Shown in pieces: positions 1 through 7,547 of a stretch of 32,387 nucleotides of DNA; the first letter of the stretch is position 1, and each line of letters starts with the position of its first letter. Location of the stretch: assembly GCA_036375515.1 (NCBI GenBank), contig DASURT010000146.1, forward strand, positions 1 to 32,387. Reading direction: 5' to 3'. The stretch comes from Sphingomicrobium sp. (lineage in GTDB: Bacteria; Pseudomonadota; Alphaproteobacteria; Sphingomonadales; Sphingomonadaceae). Position numbers and translations under genes: made by a program. Under the pieces are notes generated by a model that saw only the letters and a program-made list of their open reading frames with translations, had not been told where the DNA came from and made no database searches.

Positions 1-2
1 CC

Positions 3-1400
3 TGTCCGGATCCGATCGACCAGCTGCTTCACCGTCGGGATGAAGCCGTTCGAATAGAAGGGGTCACTCTTGAAGCGGAAGGCGGAGTGGCCGGCGAACA
101 TCAAATTGTGCTCGACCGAGCCGCCGTGCGCGATGTCCTGCAGGGTCTTCTGGATGCAGAAGCTGCGCGGGTCGGCGAGTCGCCCGGTCGTGTTCTTCTC
201 ATTGTCCGCCCAAGAGGAGAACGCGCACTGGCTGAGGCATCCCATGCACTCGGCCTGGTCCTTGCGGATGTGCTTCTCTTCGTCAGGCGTTACGAAGATG
301 AGAGTGTCGTCGGGCGTCTTCATCGCGTTGGTGTAGCCCCGAGCGAACCATTCGCGGGCGTGGATCAGGTCGCCCTTGGTGACCCAATAATTCTTCTTGG
401 TGCCGATGCCGACGTCGAGCTGGAGGTGGTGATCGCCGATCGGCTCCTTGGTGTAGGCGATCTGGCGCTCGCTCACCGCCTCGAGGTTGCGGAGGAACGG
501 GTTGCGCACGGCGGATGAGTAAAAACCCGTGGGCGAGAAGCGATGCAGGAGCACGTCGCCCTCCTCGAGCGTCAGCAGCCGCGCCTTCCATTCCGGCGGG
601 ATGGGGCTCTCCTGGGTCAGCAGTGGGCGCGTCCCGAACTGGAAGACGATCTGCCCGAGCTCGGAATTGTCGATCCAGTGGTCCCATTCGTCGAGCCGCC
701 AGACGCCGCCGGCCATGACGATGGGGACCGTGTCGGCGATGCCCTGCTCGCGCATCGTATCGCGCAGGGCTTTCACCCGCGGATAGGGGTCCTGCGGCTT
801 CCTCGGATCCTCGGCGTTCGACAGACCGTTGTGACCGCCGGCGAGCCACGGGTCTTCATAGACCACCGCCGCAAGCCATTCGGCCGCCTTGTGGTAGGCG
901 CGCTTCCATAGCGCGCTGAAGGCCCGCGCCGAGCTGATGATCGGCAGGTAATTGACACCGTAGGACGCCGCGATTTCGGAGAGCTTGTAGGGCATGCCCG
1001 CGCCGCAGGTGACGCCGGAGACAAGTCCCTTCGTGCGTTCGAGCACGCCATGCAGCACGCGCTGGGCGCCGCCCATCTCCCACAGCACGTTGATGTTGAT
1101 CGCGCCCTTGCCGCTCGCGATCTCATAGGCGCGCTGCACCTGCGCGACCGCGCCGTCGACCGCGTACTTGATCAGTTCCTCATGCCGCTCGCGGCGGGTG
1201 AGGCCTGCATAAATCTGGGGAATGATGCGGCCTTCGGGGTCGTAGCTGTCGGCATTGACCGCGGAGACGGTCCCAATGCCGCCCGCAGCCGCCCAGGCGC
1301 CCGAGCTCGCATGGTTGGTCGCCGACACGCCCTTGCCGCCTTCGATCAGCGGCCAGACTTCCCTGCCGGCGTACAGGATGGGCTTGAGGCCCTTGAACAA
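3..1400 (-). CDS. Nitronate monooxygenase family (NAD(P)H-dependent flavin oxidoreductase); 3' end runs off the window
   Basis: Not in the ORF track because it has no stop in the window. Manual translation from TTG at 1400 (after GAGAGAG) gives MFKGLKPILYAGREVWPLIEGGKGVSATNHASSGAWAAAGGIGTVS..., with later VTCGAGMP, VYEDPWLAGGHNG, IVMAGG and AFQFGTR motifs typical of 2-nitropropane dioxygenase-like FMN barrels. Confidence 0.85.
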   Translation of the reverse strand, partial: MFKGLKPILYAGREVWPLIEGGKGVSATNHASSGAWAAAGGIGTVSAVNADSYDPEGRIIPQIYAGLTRRERHEELIKYAVDGAVAQVQRAYEIASGKGAININVLWEMGGAQRVLHGVLERTKGLVSGVTCGAGMPYKLSEIAASYGVNYLPIISSARAFSALWKRAYHKAAEWLAAVVYEDPWLAGGHNGLSNAEDPRKPQDPYPRVKALRDTMREQGIADTVPIVMAGGVWRLDEWDHWIDNSELGQIVFQFGTRPLLTQESPIPPEWKARLLTLEEGDVLLHRFSPTGFYSSAVRNPFLRNLEAVSERQIAYTKEPIGDHHLQLDVGIGTKKNYWVTKGDLIHAREWFARGYTNAMKTPDDTLIFVTPDEEKHIRKDQAECMGCLSQCAFSSWADNEKNTTGRLADPRSFCIQKTLQDIAHGGSVEHNLMFAGHSAFRFKSDPFYSNGFIPTVKQLVDRIRT

Positions 1401-1469
1401 ATTCTCTCTCCCGGACGCGTCAGGCGTCCCTTAGCGCGGTCCTATAGGACGGGTTTCGGCGCGATGCGA

Positions 1470-2327
1470 CTAAATTGAATTCGATGTCAGCAGGTAGTCC
1501 AGGCCGATGTCGACCGCGGGCGCGGACTGCGTGATCCGCCCGACGGAAACATAGTCGACCCCCGTTTCGGCGATTGCGCGGATCGTCTCCAGCGTGACCC
1601 CGCCCGACGCTTCGAGCGGTGCCCGCCCTCCGACCAGTGCCACGGCATCGCGCAGGACCGATGGCGGCATGTTGTCGAGCAGCAACCGGTCGGCGCCGGC
1701 GGCGAGCGCCGGCTCGATCTGGTCGATCCGGTCGACCTCTACCTGCACCTCGAGGCCGGTGTTCGCCCTCCTGGCGCGGCGTACCGCCTCGGCGACCCCG
1801 CCGCACACCGCCACATGATTGTCCTTGATCAGCGCCCCGTCATCCAGCCTCATGCGGTGGTTTTGGGCTCCACCCATGCGCGCGGCATATTTTTCGAGGA
1901 CGCGCAGGCCAGGGATGGTCTTCCTGGTATCGAGCAGGGCCGCTCCGGTTCCGGCGATCGCGTCAACGTAGCGGCGGGTCAAAGTCGCGATCCCCGATAG
2001 ATGCTGGAGCGTGTTGAGCGCCGAGCGCTCGGCGGCGAGCATCGCTCGGGCGTTGCCCTCAAGCCGCATCAGGACGGTTCCGTCCTCCGCCGCGTCACCG
2101 TCATCGGTGAGCGGATCGATGCGAACGCCTGCATCGAGCGCTTCAAAGAACGTCGCCGCGATCTTCAACCCGGCGACGACGATCGGCTGGCGGCAGTTCA
2201 TTTCCGCCGAGAAGCGCGCGTCGGCGGGAATGGTCGCGGCCGAGGTGACATCGCCGCCGGCGCCCAGATCCTCGGCGAGCGTGCGCCGGACGAAATCGTT
2301 GAGGTCGAAATCGATTGGAAGCGTCAT
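1470..2327 (-). CDS. nadC: Carboxylating nicotinate-nucleotide diphosphorylase (quinolinate phosphoribosyltransferase)
   Basis: 285 aa; EDLG.GGDVTS, LDTRKTIPG, NHRMRLDD.LIKDNH, EVEV-like QVEVD, LLLDN and EASGG motifs. Confidence 0.96.
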   Translation of the reverse strand: MTLPIDFDLNDFVRRTLAEDLGAGGDVTSAATIPADARFSAEMNCRQPIVVAGLKIAATFFEALDAGVRIDPLTDDGDAAEDGTVLMRLEGNARAMLAAERSALNTLQHLSGIATLTRRYVDAIAGTGAALLDTRKTIPGLRVLEKYAARMGGAQNHRMRLDDGALIKDNHVAVCGGVAEAVRRARRANTGLEVQVEVDRIDQIEPALAAGADRLLLDNMPPSVLRDAVALVGGRAPLEASGGVTLETIRAIAETGVDYVSVGRITQSAPAVDIGLDYLLTSNSI

Positions 2328-2411
2328 GCGTCCGCGTCTAATGCGCCGGCTGCTCCGTTTTCAATATTCGCCAGTGCTCCTCACGATAAATGTAGCGCTG
2401 CGTGTCCGATG

Positions 2412-2442
2412 GGCTGAACCCCGCGGCTCGCCCGGTTCAGCC
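2412..2442. terminator. Hairpin immediately downstream of the M3 peptidase stop (possible terminator)
   Basis: Perfect 9-bp inverted repeat GGCTGAACC/GGTTCAGCC; no clear U-tract. Confidence 0.4.
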
Positions 2443-2443
2443 G

Positions 2444-4627
2444 CTACTTGTCGGCGCTTGCCGAAACCGAAGACGCACCCTCGACCGGGAACCCGCGGCG
2501 CTTCAGGAGAGCCGTGACGTCGGGATCGCGACCGCGGAAAGCCCGATAGGCCTCGATCCGGTCGGTTTCGTTCCCGGTCGCAAGGAGCATGGTCTTGAAC
2601 CGCTCCGCGGTGGTCTTGTCCCAGACATTGCCGGTCTCTTCGAACGCTGCCCAGGTGTCCGCGTCCATCGTTTCCGACCAGAGGTACGAATAATAGCCGG
2701 CGGAATAGGAGTCCGACGAGAAGAGGTGGTTGAACTGGGGCAGACGGTGCCTCAGCACGATCTCCTTGGGCATCCCGATCTTCGCCAGGGCTTCGCGTTC
2801 GAACTTGTCGGGAGAAACGACGCCGTTCGGATCGGTATGGAGCATCATGTCGACGATCGCGGCGGCGAGATACTCGACCGTGGCGAAGCCCTGATTGAAG
2901 GTCTTGGCTTTCTCGATCTTGTCGACCAGCGCCTGGGGCATCGGCGCACCGGTCTTGTAGTGCTTGGCGAACCGGCTCAGCACTTCTTGGGTGAGAAGCC
3001 AATTCTCGTTCACCTGGCTTGGATACTCGACGAAGTCGCGCTGAGCCCCGGCGAAGTTCGGATAGGTCACGTCGACCGTCAGATAGTGGATCGCGTGGCC
3101 GAACTCGTGGAACATCGTTTCCGCGTCGTCGAGGCTGATGAGCACCGGCTCGCCCGGTGACGGCTTGGTGAAATTGTTGTTGTTCGAGTTGAGGACGATC
3201 TTGTCGCCGAGCAGCTGGATGCGCGCGCGATAGGCATTGTGCCAGGCCCCCGAGCGCTTGCCCGTCCGCGCGTAGGTGTCGAGGTAGAACAGCCCGACGA
3301 CGTGGCCGTCCTTGCGGTCCGTCACCTCGAAGGTGCGGACGTCCGGATGAAAGACCGGGACCGCCCCCGTATTCTCCTTGAAGTCGTAGCCGTAGAGCTG
3401 TCCGGCGGCCCAGAACATGCCGTCAAGGATGCTGTTCAGCTGAAAGTAGGGCTTCACCTCCTCCTGGCTGAGGTCGAACCGCTCCTTGCGGACTTTCTCC
3501 TGGTAGTAGCGATAGTCCCACGGCTCGATCGTGATGTTGTCGCCGAGCTTCTTCGCCAGCGCCTGCTGGTCCGCGACTTCTTCCTTCACCCGCGCCACGG
3601 CGGCCGGCCAGACACGCATCATCAGGTCCATCGCCCGCTTCGGCGACTTCGCCATCGTGTCCTGCATCCGCCACTCGGCGTGGTTGGCGAAGCCGAGGAG
3701 CTTCGCGCGGTCCGCGCGGAGCTTCACGATCCTGGCGATCGTGGCGTTCGTGTCGTTGGCATTGCCGTTGTCGCCGCGGTTGACGAACGCGCGCCAGACC
3801 TTCTCGCGAAAGGCACGGCTGTCGGCGAAGGTCAGGATCGGGTCCACGGCCGAGCGGGTGTTGACGATCGCAAACTGACCGGCCGGTAGCTTGCGCTCCT
3901 CGGCGGCCGCGAGCGCCGCATTCCTCACGTCCTGCGGAACGCCCTTGAGCTCGGCGTCGGTCACCGTGATGTAGGTGCCCTCGTCGGCCAGGACCTTTTC
4001 GCTGAAGGTTGAGAACAGGCCCGCGAGCTCCTGGTTGTACGCGGACAGCCGCTTCTTCTCCTCGGGCGTCAGACTGGCACCGTTGCGGACGAACGAGTCG
4101 TAATAGCGCGTGACGAGGCGCTGCTGCTTCGGGTCGAGCGAAGCACGGGCTTCGTAAACCGTCTTGATCCGCTGGAAGAGCCTGGGGTTGAGGGTGATCT
4201 CGTCCTGAGCCGCGGCGAGCTTCGGGCTCCACTCCTTGTCGATCGCCTGAATTTCGGGCGTCGCCAGATTGTTCGTCATGACGCCGAAGAGGGTCTGCAC
4301 GCGGTCGAGCCTCTGGCCGGAACGCTCCACCGCCTCAATCGTGTTGGCGAAGGTCGGCGCTTCCGGGTTGTCGGCAATGGCCAGTATCTCACGGCGCTGC
4401 TCGTCGATCCCGGATTGAAAGGCCTCCGGGAAGAGCGTGGGCTTGACCTTGTCCCATGGCGGAACGCCCCCGTATGGGCCCGTCCAGTCGGCCAGGAGCG
4501 CATTGTTCGAAACCGCGGCCTGGGCAGCGGCAATGGCACCCGCCGTTGGCTCGGCGGCCATCGCCTCGCCCGCAAATCCTCCGGCAAGCGCCAGCGCGGC
4601 GCCTCCGGCCATCAGCGTATTCTTCAT
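2444..4627 (-). CDS. dcp: M3 family metallopeptidase (peptidyl-dipeptidase Dcp-like), exported
   Basis: 727 aa; N-terminal signal peptide; FHEFGH (HExxH), RDFVEYPSQVNE, KRSGAW and YSAGYYSYLWSE motifs. Confidence 0.9.
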   Translation of the reverse strand: MKNTLMAGGAALALAGGFAGEAMAAEPTAGAIAAAQAAVSNNALLADWTGPYGGVPPWDKVKPTLFPEAFQSGIDEQRREILAIADNPEAPTFANTIEAVERSGQRLDRVQTLFGVMTNNLATPEIQAIDKEWSPKLAAAQDEITLNPRLFQRIKTVYEARASLDPKQQRLVTRYYDSFVRNGASLTPEEKKRLSAYNQELAGLFSTFSEKVLADEGTYITVTDAELKGVPQDVRNAALAAAEERKLPAGQFAIVNTRSAVDPILTFADSRAFREKVWRAFVNRGDNGNANDTNATIARIVKLRADRAKLLGFANHAEWRMQDTMAKSPKRAMDLMMRVWPAAVARVKEEVADQQALAKKLGDNITIEPWDYRYYQEKVRKERFDLSQEEVKPYFQLNSILDGMFWAAGQLYGYDFKENTGAVPVFHPDVRTFEVTDRKDGHVVGLFYLDTYARTGKRSGAWHNAYRARIQLLGDKIVLNSNNNNFTKPSPGEPVLISLDDAETMFHEFGHAIHYLTVDVTYPNFAGAQRDFVEYPSQVNENWLLTQEVLSRFAKHYKTGAPMPQALVDKIEKAKTFNQGFATVEYLAAAIVDMMLHTDPNGVVSPDKFEREALAKIGMPKEIVLRHRLPQFNHLFSSDSYSAGYYSYLWSETMDADTWAAFEETGNVWDKTTAERFKTMLLATGNETDRIEAYRAFRGRDPDVTALLKRRGFPVEGASSVSASADK

Positions 4628-4758
4628 GGAAACCCCACTCTCGTGATCGTCTGTGTGTCAAAGACGCGACCCGTAACCCCAAAGGCGCGGTCCGCAAGCC
4701 AGAGTTCGACGAACGGCCGATATCGGCCCGCGAGTGAACCGGCGATGACGTCGATTCG

Positions 4759-5274
4759 TCAAAAATTCATGAAAATCAGTAACTTGAAGTCGATCCCGAA
4801 GCCCTCCGCCCGCTTCTGCTCGATGAAGTTCGGGATGTCCGCTCGAGCCACGAGATGGACGTTGATGTCCTCATTCTCGTCGCCGCCTCCGTCACCGATC
4901 TTGCGAGTGCCATGCGCGCGAACGAGCGTGAAGCTCTCGGCGAGGATCCCGGGCGAGCCGTAGAACTCACCGAGGCGCTCAACGCTTGTCGCGGTGAAGC
5001 CGGTCTCCTCCTCCAGCTCCTTAATTGCCGTCGTCTCGGGCGTCGCGTTCGGGTCGTCATCGCCGACGAGGCCCGCGGGAAGCTCGAGGCAGCGGCAATC
5101 GGGCGCGGCGCGCGGCTGGTCGATCAGAATCACCCTGCCCTCGTATTCGGCGAGGATCACGACCGCGTTGATGTCATTCGCGCGGCTCGCATATTCCCAT
5201 TGGCCGCGCCGCATCGCCCGGACGAACCGGCCCTCCCACATGACTTCGGCAGGAGGAAGATCGTCGAGGTTCAT
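4759..5274 (-). CDS. Nudix hydrolase (ADP-ribose pyrophosphatase-like)
   Basis: Start reassigned to MNLDDLPP (ATGA overlap with the upstream stop); Nudix box ELPAGLVGD...AIKELEEETG. Confidence 0.88.
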   Translation of the reverse strand: MNLDDLPPAEVMWEGRFVRAMRRGQWEYASRANDINAVVILAEYEGRVILIDQPRAAPDCRCLELPAGLVGDDDPNATPETTAIKELEEETGFTATSVERLGEFYGSPGILAESFTLVRAHGTRKIGDGGGDENEDINVHLVARADIPNFIEQKRAEGFGIDFKLLIFMNF

Positions 5275-5942
5275 AGCTCGATCAGCTTGTCGGGAATCTC
5301 GTTGGTGTCGGCCGTCGAACGCGGGAAATGCTCGGCGAGCACCACGCCGACCCGTTCGATGGCGGCGCAAATCCCGTCTCCCGGACGGCCTTCGCGAACG
5401 TCGAGAAGAAGTGCCGCCATGGCCTCTCCCCACGTCTCGGGAGTCGTGACTTTCGTGATCGCCTCGTCGGCGACGATCTCGGCGCGACGCTCGGCCATCG
5501 ACAGATAGACGAGGATTCCCGTCCGCCCGACGGTTCGCCGCTCGGCCGCTGCCCGGAACACTGCAACGGCGCGGCGGCGCACCCGGCGATGCTTGGTCGC
5601 TCCCGGGGTCAGCGCCAGCCTCAGCGGCATCCACTTGAGCAGCAGGAGCGCCGCGGTGAACTTCAGCACCGCGAGCACCATCAGGAAGGTCAGCAGCTCG
5701 CCCAGCGTGGGCTCGGCGCGCCAGCCGCCGAGGAAGAAATTATACCACCATTGCAGCCAGTCGGGCCGCCACGCCGCCCAGGCAAGGACCAGGATCATCG
5801 CCGCCACCGCCCAGTGCAGTGCTACGTCGTGGTAGGGATCGCTGATCGGGGTGGCGACTGCGACGATCTCGCCGTCGGATTTCGCTTCGGCCGCCGCGAT
5901 GGCCGCGCTGACCTTGTCATGGTCGGCTTCGGAGAGCTGCAT
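5271..5942 (-). CDS. TPM-domain membrane protein (second TPM gene of the lemA operon)
   Basis: Start MQLSEADHDK overlaps the upstream stop (TGATG); AIAAAE..SDGEIV, RTGILVYLS.AERRAEIVAD and C-terminal NEIPD motifs; two hydrophobic helices. Confidence 0.85.
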   Translation of the reverse strand: MQLSEADHDKVSAAIAAAEAKSDGEIVAVATPISDPYHDVALHWAVAAMILVLAWAAWRPDWLQWWYNFFLGGWRAEPTLGELLTFLMVLAVLKFTAALLLLKWMPLRLALTPGATKHRRVRRRAVAVFRAAAERRTVGRTGILVYLSMAERRAEIVADEAITKVTTPETWGEAMAALLLDVREGRPGDGICAAIERVGVVLAEHFPRSTADTNEIPDKLIEL

Positions 5943-6844
5943 CACCATGAGCCCGACGCTCCGCCGCCGCCGAACGATCCGCCGCCGCCCGAGAAGCCGC
6001 CGCCGCCACCCCAACCGCCTCCGCCGCCCCAGGAGCCGCCGCCCCAGCCGCCTCCGCGGCGCGACGAGCGGCTCAGCTCATCGAGGCCCCAGAGGATGAT
6101 CCACGGGCTGATCCCGCCGCGCCGGGTTCGATAGCGCCGGCCGCTGACTCGCCGGACCATCGGGATGATCACGAACAGGATGATCACCATCCAGAAGATC
6201 ACAGGAATAAGACCGGGACTCGAATCCTCGCGCCGCTGCTGGGCCTGTTCGGCCGCCGCGACGTTCCTCTGCGCCTGCTCGGGGGGGAGGCTCATCTGCT
6301 TGATGATCTCGTTCGCGCCAGCCTCGATTCCGCCGCCGTAGTCGCCGGCCTTGAACCTGGGCAGGATCGCTTCGCGGATGATGATGCTCGACACCGCGTC
6401 GGTCAGGAAGACGCGGGCGCCATAGCCGGTTTCGATCCGCACCTTCCGCTCGTTGGGCGCGACGAGCAGGATGACTCCGTCGTCCTCCCCTTTCCGGCCG
6501 ATCTGCCAGGTCCGCCCGAGCCGGTAGCCGTAATCCTCGATCGTCCGGCCTTCGAGGCTCGGGACCGTGGCGATGACGAACTGCCGTCCGGTCTGAGCCT
6601 CCAGCGCCTCCGATTTGCTGCTGAGGTCGAGCACCTGCTCGGGCCGCAGCAGGTGCGCCTCATCGACGACGCGGCCGGTCAACTTGGGAAATGTCTGCGC
6701 CGAGACCGGCGCGGCGAGGAACGTAAGCAGCAGCAAAAGTAGAGCGACCCAATTCGTCATTCCCGCGAAAGCGGGAATCCCGCTTCTTTGAGGAGAAGGC
6801 AGCGGGACCCCCGCTTCCGCGGGGGTGACGGCGAAAGGCTTCAC
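5942..6844 (-). CDS. TPM-domain protein (YgcG-like) with Gly-rich C-terminus; REP element inserted in its N-terminus
   Basis: P.LTGRVVDEA.LL, W.IG..G.DDGVILLVA..ERKVRIETGYG and terminal GGGGFSGGGGSFGGGGASGSW. GTG start preceded by GAGG; alternative ATG at 6760. Confidence 0.88.
   Translation of the reverse strand: MKPFAVTPAEAGVPLPSPQRSGIPAFAGMTNWVALLLLLLTFLAAPVSAQTFPKLTGRVVDEAHLLRPEQVLDLSSKSEALEAQTGRQFVIATVPSLEGRTIEDYGYRLGRTWQIGRKGEDDGVILLVAPNERKVRIETGYGARVFLTDAVSSIIIREAILPRFKAGDYGGGIEAGANEIIKQMSLPPEQAQRNVAAAEQAQQRREDSSPGLIPVIFWMVIILFVIIPMVRRVSGRRYRTRRGGISPWIILWGLDELSRSSRRGGGWGGGSWGGGGGWGGGGGFSGGGGSFGGGGASGSW
6755..6830. repeat. CGTC-tagged REP-like palindromic doublet (REPIN/BIME-like)
   Basis: 6755-6784 CGTCATTCCCGCGAAAGCGGGAATCCCGCT and the reverse complement of 6801-6830, CGTCACCCCCGCGGAAGCGGGGGTCCCGCT, match at 25/30; each copy is itself a hairpin. 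Confidence 0.88.
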
Positions 6845-6851
6845 TTCGACC

Positions 6852-7451
6852 TCAGCCGGCGGTGTTGAAATCGACCTTGGGCGCTTCCTGCGCCCCGGCG
6901 GCCGCCTCGAACGGCACCTTCGGCTTGGCGCCGTAGAAGATCTTCGCGCCGATCGCGTCGGGGAAGGTGCGGATGCGGGTGTTATAGGCGCGCACCGACT
7001 CGTTGTAGTCGCGGCGAGCGACCAGGATCGAATTCTCGGTCCCCTCGATCTGCGCCTGCAGGGTCAGGAAATTCTGGTTGGACTTGAGGTCGGGATAATT
7101 TTCGAAGGTCGCGAGCAGCCGCCCGAGCGAAGAGCCAAGCTGGGTCTGCGCCTGGTTGAACGCCTGGACTTTCGCCGGGTCATCGAGGTCGGATGCGTTC
7201 AATTGGATGCTCGAAGCGCGGGCGCGCGCGTTGGTCACTTCCGTGAGCACCGTGCGCTCCTGCTGGGCGTACCCCTTCACCGTATTGACCAGGTTCGGGA
7301 TCAGGTCCGCCCGGCGCTGGTACTCGCTCTGTACGTTGGCCCAGGCCGCGTTGACCTGTTCCTCGGCGGTTGGGACGCTGTTGAGGCCGCATCCGGCAAG
7401 GCTGAAGGCGGCGAGCGGCGCAAGCAATCCGAAACGGCGAAGTAGAGTCAT
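6852..7451 (-). CDS. lemA: LemA family protein (lipobox-like LAGC)
   Basis: AW.NVQ..YQRRADLIPNLV.TVKGYA, E.YPDLK.NQNFL.LQ.Q.EGTEN.I..ARRDYN and TFP motifs; ATG at 7451 follows GGAGGGG. Confidence 0.93.
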   Translation of the reverse strand: MTLLRRFGLLAPLAAFSLAGCGLNSVPTAEEQVNAAWANVQSEYQRRADLIPNLVNTVKGYAQQERTVLTEVTNARARASSIQLNASDLDDPAKVQAFNQAQTQLGSSLGRLLATFENYPDLKSNQNFLTLQAQIEGTENSILVARRDYNESVRAYNTRIRTFPDAIGAKIFYGAKPKVPFEAAAGAQEAPKVDFNTAG

Positions 7452-7547
7452 CGTCCCCTCCAAGGCGTCGTTCCGCGATACGTAGAGGGGCGGGCCCTCG
7501 GGTTCAAGATGCTGTCTTAATGAAGCAACACAGCAGCTTCCGCGAGT

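Noticed and set aside
5945-6060. GGC-rich tandem-like repeats
   Set aside because: They encode the normal Gly-rich tail of YgcG/TPM proteins; this is not a CRISPR array or VNTR.
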